Of a stretch of DNA of 64,000 nucleotides, positions 1 through 8,989 are shown piece by piece. Both the position numbers and the translations under genes were made by a program. The notes below the pieces were generated by a model. It did not search any database and was not told the DNA's origin. It worked only from the letters and a program-made list of their open reading frames with translations. The stretch's first letter is position 1. The number at the start of each line of letters is the position of its first letter. Origin of the DNA: Candidatus Daviesbacteria bacterium. Its GTDB lineage: Bacteria; Patescibacteriota; Microgenomatia; Daviesbacterales; UBA10151. The DNA lies in NCBI GenBank assembly GCA_028687915.1, contig JAQTZF010000001.1, positions 216,229 through 280,228 on the forward strand, given 5' to 3'.

Positions 1-1
1 T

Positions 2-820
2 ATTTTCCCAATTTCTGAACAAACCAGAGATGAATATTATCACCAAGGTCAGAGAATGAAATTCCTGATTAAGGAAATCAGAGAAGGCAGACATGGACCA
101 GAAGTTGTTTTGAGCAGATCTGATGTTAATTTAGTTAAAGGCCTATTTGCTTTAGAAGTACCAGAAGTACAAACAGGTTCTGTAGTTATTAAAGATGTAG
201 CCCGTGAAGCTGGTTCCAGAACCAAGATTTCAGCTGTTTCTACCCAAGAAGGTGTTGATCCAGTTGGTTCTTTAGTTGGTCAAAAAGGAGTTCGGGTTCA
301 GGCTGTTATGAATGAGCTTGGAGAAGAACGAATTGATATTATTTCCTATTCAGAAGATCCTGTTAAATATATTGCTTCAGCTTTGTCACCTGCTAAAGAA
401 GTAACAGTCAGAATCGAAGAAAATGAAGGTGAAAAATTAGCTAAAGTAAAAGTTCCAAATACTCAATTATCATTGGCAATTGGAAAAGGTGGTCAAAATG
501 TAAGATTGGCTGCAAGACTCACAGGCTGGAAAATTGATATTGAAGGTCTGGAAGATTTAAGAGAGCAAAGAGAAGCTGAAGTAGAAAAGTTAAAAGCTGA
601 AAAAGCAGCAGAGCCTAGTGAAGAAGAAAAAGCTGAAAATCGTGAAGAGGTAGTTGAGGCTGTGGAAGAAGAAATTGATAAAGCTGTAGAAGAAGAGTCT
701 TTGGATAATGCAACAGAACCAGAACCAACTGCAGAAGAAGCAGCTCCCGCTGCTGCTCAAGCTGAAAACGATATTGAAGAAGCCGATCAGGCTAAGCCTA
801 AAGAAGAAAAATCAGAATAA
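2..820 (+). CDS. nusA: Transcription termination/antitermination factor NusA (5'-truncated by window edge), acidic C-terminal tail
   Basis: Frame open from position 2; KH motifs AREAGSRTK, GSLVGQKGVRV, SLAIGKGGQNVRLAARLTGWKIDI; upstream of infB. Confidence 0.97.
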   Translation: MFPISEQTRDEYYHQGQRMKFLIKEIREGRHGPEVVLSRSDVNLVKGLFALEVPEVQTGSVVIKDVAREAGSRTKISAVSTQEGVDPVGSLVGQKGVRVQAVMNELGEERIDIISYSEDPVKYIASALSPAKEVTVRIEENEGEKLAKVKVPNTQLSLAIGKGGQNVRLAARLTGWKIDIEGLEDLREQREAEVEKLKAEKAAEPSEEEKAENREEVVEAVEEEIDKAVEEESLDNATEPEPTAEEAAPAAAQAENDIEEADQAKPKEEKSE

Positions 821-864
821 TGAATAAAGTTTAACTTTTAATTCACATTCTTAATCTTCGAAGG

Positions 865-889
865 GCCGCCTCAAATCAGGCGGTTTTTT
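865..889 (+). terminator. Rho-independent terminator-like hairpin after nusA
   Basis: gccgcct-caaatc-aggcggt followed by T run. Confidence 0.7.
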
Positions 890-890
890 A

Positions 891-937
891 TAACTACGAA
901 AGTAGTTACAAGACTCTGACAGTGTAAACTGGCAGAG
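891..937 (+). promoter_or_regulatory. Two GNRA-capped hairpins in the infB 5' region (candidate structured leader)
   Basis: taactac-GAAA-gtagtta and ctctg(a)cagt-GTAA-actg(g)cagag. Confidence 0.45.
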
Positions 938-961
938 GAATTATTTTTAAAGGAGAAAAAT

Positions 962-2416
962 ATGTCAGAACAATTAAGACCACCAGTAGTAACAATTTTA
1001 GGCCATGTTGATCATGGAAAAACTACCCTGCTCGATTATATCCGCAAAACCAGAGTAGCAGCTGGAGAACACGGTGGAATTACCCAGGCTATTGGTGCTT
1101 ATCAGGTGGAAGCTGAAGGGAAACTAATTACTTTTATTGATACCCCAGGGCATGCTGCTTTTGAAAAAATGAGATCCAGAGGAGCGGAAGCTGCTGATAT
1201 TTCAGTGCTTGTGGTGGCAGCAGATGATGGAATAATGCCACAAACAATAGAAGCTATTAAACATATCCAAAAAGCACTTACCCCTATGATTGTGGCTGTT
1301 AATAAGGTTGATTTATCAGGACTTGATATTAAAGCCACTGTAGAAAAGATTAAAAGACAACTTTCTGATCAAAAAGTATTGGTGGAAGAATATGGGGGAG
1401 ATGTACCAATTGTACAAATTTCTGCCAAAACAGGGGCAGGTGTGCCTGAACTTTTGGAAACCATTAATTTAGTAGCAGAAATGAATGAATTTAAGAGTGA
1501 TCCAGAAAAACCAGCCACTGGTGTAATTCTGGAAGCTAATTTGGATAAATCCAAAGGGTCTGTAGCTACAGTATTAGTTAGAAACGGATCTTTAAAGAAA
1601 GGTGATGTAATAAAAGCCGGAAATTCCAGTGGAAAAGTTAGGGGAATGTTTAATTTTGCAGGAAAACCTTTAGATGTAGCCCTACCTTCTACTCCGGTTG
1701 AAGTTTTAGGCTTTGAAACAGTGCCAGCAGTAGGTTCACGGGTTAATGAGGCAGAGGAAGAAAAAGAAGAAGCTAAACGTAAGTTTTCCAGCCTTGTTGA
1801 TAAATTAAAAAATAACCAGGAAGAATTATTAACTGTGGTAATTAAAGCTGATAAACAAGGATCAGTAGAAGCTGTCAGAGATATTTTGGAAAAATTAAAT
1901 CTAGAAAAAGAACATTTGAGAATTATTTCAGCTGGAACAGGTGATATTACAGATTCAGATGTGGAAATGGCCCAGGGAGCTAAGGGGATTGTAATTGGAT
2001 TTAATGTGAAAGTAGTACCAACTGCACAAAGAATAGCTGATCAGGAAAGAATCTTAATCAGACTTTATAACATTATTTATGAATTAGCAGATGAGATGGA
2101 AGATGTGGTAGAAACAATGTTAAAGCCAGGAGTGGTGGAAGAAGTTTTTGGCAGGGCTCAAATTATTGCAGAATTTCCTTATGGAAAGGATGAAAAAATT
2201 GCAGGATGTAAAGTGGTTGAAGGAGTAATTTCCAAGGGTCCAAAAATCAGGATTGTTAGAAAAGATGAAGTTGTTTATGAGGGTAAATTAAAATCAATTA
2301 AAAAGGTTAAAGATGAAGTACCAAAAGTAGAAAAAGGAACAGAATGTGGCATGATGTTTGATCCCATCTTTGATTTTCAAATTGGAGACATTATCGAATC
2401 TTTCAGAGTTTACTGA
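962..2416 (+). CDS. infB: Translation initiation factor IF-2, short form without N-terminal domain
   Basis: [32 protein letters not shown]; C-terminal ECG motif. Confidence 0.98.
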   Translation: MSEQLRPPVVTILGHVDHGKTTLLDYIRKTRVAAGEHGGITQAIGAYQVEAEGKLITFIDTPGHAAFEKMRSRGAEAADISVLVVAADDGIMPQTIEAIKHIQKALTPMIVAVNKVDLSGLDIKATVEKIKRQLSDQKVLVEEYGGDVPIVQISAKTGAGVPELLETINLVAEMNEFKSDPEKPATGVILEANLDKSKGSVATVLVRNGSLKKGDVIKAGNSSGKVRGMFNFAGKPLDVALPSTPVEVLGFETVPAVGSRVNEAEEEKEEAKRKFSSLVDKLKNNQEELLTVVIKADKQGSVEAVRDILEKLNLEKEHLRIISAGTGDITDSDVEMAQGAKGIVIGFNVKVVPTAQRIADQERILIRLYNIIYELADEMEDVVETMLKPGVVEEVFGRAQIIAEFPYGKDEKIAGCKVVEGVISKGPKIRIVRKDEVVYEGKLKSIKKVKDEVPKVEKGTECGMMFDPIFDFQIGDIIESFRVY

Positions 2417-2451
2417 ACTTCTAATTCAAAACAAGTAATAAATTTTACTAT

Positions 2452-2709
2452 TTAAGAAAAGCTCTTTACAATATAAACAGCTATTTTGTAACAGGCAGAT
2501 GAGAAATCTGGATTGTTTCCATAGAACATTCTGGCTCTTCTATGAGCAATCATTGCTTCTTTTGTTTTGCCTTGAGCTTCAAATTTATTTGCAAGCCCGC
2601 AATATATTGTTTGTAAAGACCAAGCAGTTGCTTCGGCTGGTGTTAAATCTGCCAAATTTCCATTTGACCGCAGTCCTTCACTGATCTCCATTACTCGTTC
2701 CTTAATCAT
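2452..2709 (-). CDS. Small hypothetical protein
   Basis: 85-aa ATG ORF filling the intergenic gap; -10-like TACTAT upstream; no recognised motif. Confidence 0.5.
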   Translation of the reverse strand: MIKERVMEISEGLRSNGNLADLTPAEATAWSLQTIYCGLANKFEAQGKTKEAMIAHRRARMFYGNNPDFSSACYKIAVYIVKSFS

Positions 2710-2791
2710 AAGTGACTCGATAGTAAAATATTTATTTCAAAAAGTAAAGAAGGTGCCAGTGTTTTAATTGGTATGTTAGACTAAGTGGGAA

Positions 2792-3265
2792 ATGGGTAAA
2801 TTAAGACAAGCAACTTCATGCTTTTTAATTAAAGATAATAAAGTGCTTTTGGCTATGAAAAAAAGGGGATTTGGGGTTGGGAAATGGAATGGTCCTGGTG
2901 GAAAACCAAATTCTGGTGAGAGTATAGAAGAAACTGCTGTTAGGGAAACCCTGGAAGAGATAGGTGTAACTATTAAGTCTTTTGATAGAGTAGCTACTTT
3001 AGACTTTTTCTTTCCTGCTGATTTAGCAAAAAAGGACTGGAATCAGCAGGTTTGTGTTTATTTGGTAACTGATTGGGAAGGGGAACCAGTAGAAACAGAG
3101 GAGATGAAGCCAGCCTGGTTTAAGTATGAGGAAATTCCTTATAAAGATATGTGGGTAGATGATATTTACTGGCTGCCTCAGGTTTTACAGGGCAAAAAAC
3201 TTAAAGGAACTTTTTCTTTTACTCCTGATGAATCCTTGCAGGATTTTGAAGTAATTGAAATCTAA
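2792..3265 (+). CDS. NUDIX hydrolase, MTH1/8-oxo-dGTPase-like
   Basis: KKRGFGVGKWNGPGGK, Nudix box GESIEETAVRETLEEIG, MWVDD. Confidence 0.92.
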   Translation: MGKLRQATSCFLIKDNKVLLAMKKRGFGVGKWNGPGGKPNSGESIEETAVRETLEEIGVTIKSFDRVATLDFFFPADLAKKDWNQQVCVYLVTDWEGEPVETEEMKPAWFKYEEIPYKDMWVDDIYWLPQVLQGKKLKGTFSFTPDESLQDFEVIEI

Positions 3266-3279
3266 AAACTATCCTATAG

Positions 3280-3308
3280 TTGCTTTTTGCCTTGTTTTGT
3301 TCTAAAAT
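3280..3308 (+). promoter_or_regulatory. sigma70-type promoter
   Basis: TTGCTT-17 nt-TAAAAT, 8 nt before ATG 3317. Confidence 0.55.
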
Positions 3309-3316
3309 ATATTACT

Positions 3317-3856
3317 ATGCCAGTTGATATATTAGCTGAAAATCCTATTCTGGAAAAGCAATTGGAAAGCGCTACTCCTCAACGTTTAATGACCCTATAT
3401 AAAAAGTGGTTTAAAGATAATTACCCTGGGCAGGAAATTGACTACAAAATAATAAAAGATTCATTAGATGGTACAATCTCCAAATTTAGATTAAATCCAT
3501 TAGCTGAAAAACACTATTCTGGTTTACGCTATTATCCTGAAATAAGAATTGCTGAAACAGATTTTGGGGCTACAAGGCTTACTGATCTTAGAGGAAAACT
3601 TATGGATAAATTAATAGCTTATCCTGAGCAGGCAATACCTTTTAGCGCGTTATTCAGATGCTGGGAAGGTGATTACAGCGGGGCGTTTAATCTCTTAAAA
3701 GTACATATGTTTTACATGAGAGAAGATTTACGCATTCTCTATGAAAAAGGGGGAGTAGATTTATCTCCTTATCCTATTCCGGTTTCCGTTATGACAGTAG
3801 GATATAAATTATCGAGTGAGTATGATTGGAAAACATTAGATCGACTATCTAGATAA
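3317..3856 (+). CDS. OmpR/PhoB-type winged-helix DNA-binding domain protein without receiver domain
   Basis: C-terminal RLTDLRGKLMDKLIAYPEQAIPFSALFRCWEGDY..NLLKVHMFYMREDL..SVMTVGYKL matches the Trans_reg_C pattern; start moved to ATG 3317. Confidence 0.65.
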   Translation: MPVDILAENPILEKQLESATPQRLMTLYKKWFKDNYPGQEIDYKIIKDSLDGTISKFRLNPLAEKHYSGLRYYPEIRIAETDFGATRLTDLRGKLMDKLIAYPEQAIPFSALFRCWEGDYSGAFNLLKVHMFYMREDLRILYEKGGVDLSPYPIPVSVMTVGYKLSSEYDWKTLDRLSR

Positions 3857-3904
3857 TTTATTGAACTTGATTATTATGGGTCATTTTGATAAAATCTGCA
3901 GTAC

Positions 3905-4987
3905 ATGAAATACGATACTCAAGTTTCCCAAATCCAACCGGCTATAACTGGAGCACAAAACATTTTAATTGCTATTCCTACTGAAGTTACAATTGACCGT
4001 TTAGCTTCTGGGTTAGCTCTGTATTTATCTTTAAAAACTGCTGGGAAAAATGTATCAATTGTGACAGATGGAGTTTTAACAGTTGGGTTTACTCATCTTT
4101 TTGGAATAGGAAATGTTAAAAATACTTTGCCTCAAAACTCGAGTGGTGATTACACAATTACTTTAGGTAATGTTGTTGCCCCTGATGGGCATATTCCAGC
4201 TTTGCAAAACCTGGATTGGGCACCTGCAGGTAACACTAAATCAGATTTAAAGCTAACCTTTCATGTTAATCCGGGACAAAAATTTGAACCCACTTTTGTA
4301 ACACCTGCACATGAAGGTGGAAACTTTGACCTAATTATTACAATCGGTGCAAATACCTGGTTATCACTTGGCTCTATTTATGCCAACAGTTCCCAAATGT
4401 TTACTAATACTACAATTTTAAATATTGATAACCAGTCAGAAAATACAAATTATGGACAAATAAATTTGGTTGATGGAGAGGCTTCTTTATCTGAGATCAT
4501 TGGTTTATTATTACCAGCCTTAAATTTACCATATGAGGCAGATACTGCCAGTAATATAATTGCAGGGCTTTATGATAAAACTCAAGGTTTGCAAACAGCA
4601 GGAGCTGATACTTATGAGGTTATGGCTCAAGCTTTAAGAGTTGGTGGACAAAAGCCATCCAATAGTTCAAATACTGCTCCAATGTCTGAGCCAGCTGCTC
4701 AGGCAGCTTCTACTACTGGTATGCCTGCATGGGTAGATGCTCCAGCACCGATTCAATCAGAGACATCTACTATCTCAAGTTCATCACAAGGTTTAAATAT
4801 TAGTCCTTTTCTAAATCCACAGAACTTTTCTGTTGATACTACTGCTGCTTCTACACCTCAACCAGAAATACAGCCTCAACCACAACAATCTGCAGAAGAA
4901 GTACCAATGGGTGAGCAAGCACAAACAACTAGTCCGGAAGCTGATTGGCTAACACCAAAGATTTTCAAAAGCAGCAAAATCGGTTAA
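3905..4987 (+). CDS. DHH/NrnA-like phosphoesterase-fold protein, degenerate active site, disordered C-terminal tail
   Basis: AQNILIA..IDRLASGLALY, FDLIITIG, ILNIDNQ (DHH position), SLSEII, IAGLYDKTQG; sits at the usual nrnA position between infB and rpsO. Confidence 0.75.
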   Translation: MKYDTQVSQIQPAITGAQNILIAIPTEVTIDRLASGLALYLSLKTAGKNVSIVTDGVLTVGFTHLFGIGNVKNTLPQNSSGDYTITLGNVVAPDGHIPALQNLDWAPAGNTKSDLKLTFHVNPGQKFEPTFVTPAHEGGNFDLIITIGANTWLSLGSIYANSSQMFTNTTILNIDNQSENTNYGQINLVDGEASLSEIIGLLLPALNLPYEADTASNIIAGLYDKTQGLQTAGADTYEVMAQALRVGGQKPSNSSNTAPMSEPAAQAASTTGMPAWVDAPAPIQSETSTISSSSQGLNISPFLNPQNFSVDTTAASTPQPEIQPQPQQSAEEVPMGEQAQTTSPEADWLTPKIFKSSKIG

Positions 4988-5004
4988 AATAACTTTAACC
5001 TATA

Positions 5005-5592
5005 ATGAAGTCAAAAGAGATTCCTTCAACTATTCAAGCTCAAGCAGACCGTTTTAAAACACTTTTAACAGCAGTTAATGAAGGGGAAAAGCTCTATATT
5101 GTGGCTGGTTTAGCTAACAGGCCTTTTTATGAACAAGTTGAGGGAGCTATCAGGCATACATATGAGGAAAAAGGGGTGCAAGCCAATATTATTGCAGGAC
5201 CCATTCTATCAGTTGATGAACATGGAGATTCTCCATTATTAAGACTTGCCCGTGGTGATAACCCTTCGGCAATATTATATGCTTCAAGCTTTCGTTCACG
5301 AGAACATTATAGAATAATTGGTAATCAGACAATTCAGGTTGAAAACCGCCATATGCCTTTACAAGAAGATAGAAGAATGATGGAATACAATGATGCATAC
5401 TCCATGGCGATTTATATTAATTATTTTAAAGCCGCTGTTAGCCTTTTTTGTAAAAGATGGTCAAGGGATTATCAGGATCTTTTTATCAGAATTGGGGATA
5501 ATGATATTAAAGAAATACTTTCAGATTTTGATTATGATTTTAAAACAACTAGGGAAATTCGGAATCACCTAGGTCAGGCTTTACTTGATTAA
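5005..5592 (+). CDS. Hypothetical protein, possible phospholipase-D-like fold
   Basis: 195-aa ORF; LYIVAG..GVQANIIAGP..HYRIIGNQTIQVE..Y...F pattern resembles PLD/TrmB-C-like domains. Confidence 0.5.
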   Translation: MKSKEIPSTIQAQADRFKTLLTAVNEGEKLYIVAGLANRPFYEQVEGAIRHTYEEKGVQANIIAGPILSVDEHGDSPLLRLARGDNPSAILYASSFRSREHYRIIGNQTIQVENRHMPLQEDRRMMEYNDAYSMAIYINYFKAAVSLFCKRWSRDYQDLFIRIGDNDIKEILSDFDYDFKTTREIRNHLGQALLD

Positions 5593-5610
5593 AGAAACCA
5601 ATCTATGCCC

Positions 5611-5639
5611 TTGTAAAGTTTTATAAATTTTGTTAAACT
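5611..5639 (+). promoter_or_regulatory. rpsO promoter
   Basis: TTGTAA-17 nt-TAAACT with TGn extension. Confidence 0.6.
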
Positions 5640-5651
5640 TCGTTAGTACTT

Positions 5652-5682
5652 AAGGTTTACTTCAGGCACCGAGGTTTACCTT
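5652..5682 (+). promoter_or_regulatory. Hairpin in rpsO leader (candidate S15 autoregulatory element)
   Basis: aaggt-tt-acttc/aggcacc/gaggt-tt-acctt stem. Confidence 0.4.
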
Positions 5683-5697
5683 TAGAAAGATAAAAAG

Positions 5698-5967
5698 ATG
5701 CCTTTAGATATAAAATCAAAACAACAAATTATTGAAGAGTTTGCTACCCACAAGGGAGATACTGGTTCTCCAGAAGTTCAAGCAGCATTACTAACCGAAC
5801 AAGTCAAAAATCTTACTGCTCATTTAAAAGAACATCCACATGATATCCATTCCAGAAGAGGATTATTATCCATGGTTAACCGTAGAAGGAGACTCTTACA
5901 ATACTTACTGAAAAAAGATAATGAAAGATACCAAGTCCTAATTGGAAAATTAGGTTTGAGTAAATGA
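5698..5967 (+). CDS. rpsO: 30S ribosomal protein S15
   Basis: [32 protein letters not shown]. Confidence 0.99.
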   Translation: MPLDIKSKQQIIEEFATHKGDTGSPEVQAALLTEQVKNLTAHLKEHPHDIHSRRGLLSMVNRRRRLLQYLLKKDNERYQVLIGKLGLSK

Positions 5968-5984
5968 GTAAAATAGTGTATAAT
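5956..5984 (+). promoter_or_regulatory. pnp promoter
   Basis: TTGAGT-17 nt-TATAAT. Confidence 0.65.
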
Positions 5985-5987
5985 AGC

Positions 5988-6069
5988 TTTAGGTGTTCGG
6001 ATTTGAGATTGCAAAGAGAGAATTAGATAATCTAGTTTACTCTTCTACAGTTTCCAATCCACATCTAAA
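5988..6069 (+). promoter_or_regulatory. Long imperfect stem-loop in pnp leader (candidate RNase III site)
   Basis: ~33 bp: tttaggtgt/acatctaaa, ggatt/aatcc, gagattg/cagtttc, aagag/ctctt, aattaga/tctagtt. Confidence 0.6.
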
Positions 6070-6084
6070 ATTAGAAAATTTAAT

Positions 6085-8280
6085 ATGAAACAACAAAAGA
6101 CTATAACCAGGGAACTGGATTTAAATGGCCGTAAACTCACTTTAGAGACTGGCTACCTAGCTCAAGCTGCAGATGCTGCAGTGCTTGCAACATGGGGAGA
6201 AACAGTAATACTCGCTACAGTAGCTGCTAAACCTCTTGCTTCTGATCCTGGATATTTCCCTTTATCAGTTGAATATGTTGAAAAATATTATGCAGGAGGC
6301 AGAATTACCGCTCAAAAGTTTATAAAGCGAGAAACCAGACCACCAGAAGACGCTATCCTTGCAGGTCGTGCAATTGATCGGGCTATTCGTCCTTTATTCC
6401 CACATGATTTTCCTTATGAAGTACAACTTATTGTAAATGTCTTATCCTTTGATGGAGAAAATGATCCTGTTACTTTAGGTTTTATAGCAGCAGCAGCAGC
6501 AGTTTCTTTATCTTCAGTACCTTTTGCAGGACCAATGGGAACTGTTAGAGTAGGGTTAAAAGATGGGGAATTTGTAGTAAACCCAACTTTATCTGAATAT
6601 GATTCTCTTGATTTAAATCTATTAGTAGCAGCCACTAAAGAAAAAGTTGCCATGATTGAAACAGTGGCAGATGAAGTAGAGGATGAATTGGTATTTGATG
6701 GTATTAAAAAAGCTCACACTGAGGCACAAAAAATTGTTAATTTAATTGAAGATTTTGCTAAAGAAGCTGGTAAGACAAAAGTTGTATTTTCCTCTTTAAA
6801 TGAATCTGTAGAAGAAGCAGTAATGAAAGAGGTTAAAACTGAAGTTAAGGCCAAGATTCAGGCTGCCTTATCTGATCCAATAAACCCATGGCATGAGGCT
6901 ACAGGCGATATTATTAAACAAGAATTAGCACTTAAATATGCTGATACATTATCTTCAACTATTTTGCGGGGTATTTTTGATAAAGTTGCTAAGGAATTGA
7001 TGAATGATTTGATCTTAAATCAAGGTAAAAGAGTTGATGGCAGAGCTATGACTGATATTCGTCCAATTGATATTAAAGTTGGACTACTTCCAAGAGCACA
7101 CGGTTCAGCAGTTTTCCAACGTGGTTCTACTCAAGTTTTATCAATTGCAACTGTAGGACCACTTTCTTTATCTCAAACCCTAGAAGGTATGATGGGAGAA
7201 TCAACCAAGAAATTTATGCATCATTACAATATGGGAATTAATCCTTTCTCAGTGGGAGATGTTAAAAGAATTGGTGCTCCAAACAGAAGAGATATTGGTC
7301 ATGGAGCTTTAGTTGAAAAATCATTAGTTAATGTTATTCCTTCTAATGAAGATTTCCCTTATGCAGTCAGAGTAGTATCAGAAGTTTTAGCAGCTAATGC
7401 TTCTACTTCCCAAGCAGCTCTTTGTGCTTCCACTTTGGCTCTTATGAATGCTGGTGTTAAGATTAAAAATCCTGTGGCTGGTATTGCCTTAGGTTTATTA
7501 TCCAATGAAGAAAAATTCCAGGTAATTACTGATATGCAGGCTGTAGAAGACTTTTATGGTCAGATGGATTTTAAAGTTGCCGGAACTGTTAAGGGTGTAA
7601 CAGCAATCCAAATGGATACTAAACTACATGGTTTATCTTTTGAAATTATTGAAGAAGCTTTGAAGCAAGGTAAAGCTGCCAGACTCGTTATCATAGAAGA
7701 AATTAATAAAGCTATTCCAGAGGTTGGACCAATGTCCAAATATGCACCAAAGATTGAGATTACTCACATTAAACCAGAAAGTATTGGAGCTTTAATTGGA
7801 CCAGGTGGTAAAAATATTAATGCTATTATTGCCAGAACTGGTGCTCAAATTGATATTGAAGATGATGGAATGGTGATGGTTTCTTCAACAGATGATGAAG
7901 CAATTAGAAAAGCAATTTCTGAAATTGATGGAATGTTTAAAGAAGTTGCTGTTGGTGAAGTTTATGAAGGTAAAGTAGTAAAACTAGCTACTTTTGGAGC
8001 ATTTGTTGAAATCTTACCTGGTCGCGACGGATTGGTTCATGTTTCTCAAATGGCACCAGAACGAGTGGAAAATCCAGCAGATATTGTTTCTGAAGGTCAA
8101 ACAGTTAAGGTCAGAGTAACTGATGTTGATCCATCTGGTAAAATTGGTTTATCAATGTTATTCGGAGAACAAATAAAGCCAGATAGTGAACGAAGACCAA
8201 GTGGCGGTGGAAATAGACGTGATTTTGGTGGTCAGAGACGTGAGTTTGGTAATAATTCTTCTGATAGACGTCGAAGATAA
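6085..8280 (+). CDS. pnp: Polyribonucleotide nucleotidyltransferase (PNPase)
   Basis: Two RNase PH cores (YFPLSVEY, DRAIRPLF, HGSAVFQRG, RRDIGHG, MDFKVAG), KH (IGPGGKNI), S1 (FGAFVEILPGRDGLVHVS). Confidence 0.98.
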   Translation: MKQQKTITRELDLNGRKLTLETGYLAQAADAAVLATWGETVILATVAAKPLASDPGYFPLSVEYVEKYYAGGRITAQKFIKRETRPPEDAILAGRAIDRAIRPLFPHDFPYEVQLIVNVLSFDGENDPVTLGFIAAAAAVSLSSVPFAGPMGTVRVGLKDGEFVVNPTLSEYDSLDLNLLVAATKEKVAMIETVADEVEDELVFDGIKKAHTEAQKIVNLIEDFAKEAGKTKVVFSSLNESVEEAVMKEVKTEVKAKIQAALSDPINPWHEATGDIIKQELALKYADTLSSTILRGIFDKVAKELMNDLILNQGKRVDGRAMTDIRPIDIKVGLLPRAHGSAVFQRGSTQVLSIATVGPLSLSQTLEGMMGESTKKFMHHYNMGINPFSVGDVKRIGAPNRRDIGHGALVEKSLVNVIPSNEDFPYAVRVVSEVLAANASTSQAALCASTLALMNAGVKIKNPVAGIALGLLSNEEKFQVITDMQAVEDFYGQMDFKVAGTVKGVTAIQMDTKLHGLSFEIIEEALKQGKAARLVIIEEINKAIPEVGPMSKYAPKIEITHIKPESIGALIGPGGKNINAIIARTGAQIDIEDDGMVMVSSTDDEAIRKAISEIDGMFKEVAVGEVYEGKVVKLATFGAFVEILPGRDGLVHVSQMAPERVENPADIVSEGQTVKVRVTDVDPSGKIGLSMLFGEQIKPDSERRPSGGGNRRDFGGQRREFGNNSSDRRRR

Positions 8281-8288
8281 AAATTTTT

Positions 8289-8987
8289 ATGTTGAAGGGG
8301 TTTTTCTCCAAAGAAAAAATTATACTTGGAACCTTAATCTTGGTTCTTTTAAGTCTTATCTCTTTTATATTTTTTCGTTTTCAGTTAACAGAAAATGGTT
8401 TGGTATCAGCCAAAGGGTTGTATGCCGGTATGCAGAGGAGTTTAAGTCCGTCGCAGGCATATATCACTCTGGATAAAGATAATCTAAAAATTGTATTTAA
8501 AATTACTAACGCTGATAAACAAGTATTTGCAGAATTTTTAAAAAGTGTTGGAATTAAAAATTTTGAGGAACAGGAAATAAACATTAAATTTGCTGATCAG
8601 AACGGAGAAGAGTTGAATAAAATATTGCGTAAAAATAATTTAATTTCAGATGAAACCACAAAAGTTAGTTTAAATTTAAAGATTTTGACTAAAGAAATAG
8701 ACTTTGATAATAAAAAAGTATTTGGACCATTTGATTCTGTAGCAGAAAATTTATTGGAAAATCCAAGTGATGCAGGCAGTATTAGAACTGAAGCCTTAGG
8801 GGGATCTGGCTATTTGGTGGAAATTGATAATCCGGAAAAAGTTTTAACAGAAGGAACTTTATCTGGTAAATTAAAATTATCAGAAAACTTAGTAGATTCT
8901 GGATGGTGGCAAGTTGTGACTAAATTAGCTAAAATTAATTTGAAGATACAAGATGGTGTGCTTACAGGTGCATTTATCTTAAAATAA
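8289..8987 (+). CDS. Hypothetical protein with N-terminal membrane anchor
   Basis: IILGTLILVLLSLISFIFF; operonic spacing with pnp and next gene. Confidence 0.75.
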   Translation: MLKGFFSKEKIILGTLILVLLSLISFIFFRFQLTENGLVSAKGLYAGMQRSLSPSQAYITLDKDNLKIVFKITNADKQVFAEFLKSVGIKNFEEQEINIKFADQNGEELNKILRKNNLISDETTKVSLNLKILTKEIDFDNKKVFGPFDSVAENLLENPSDAGSIRTEALGGSGYLVEIDNPEKVLTEGTLSGKLKLSENLVDSGWWQVVTKLAKINLKIQDGVLTGAFILK

Positions 8988-8989
8988 TT

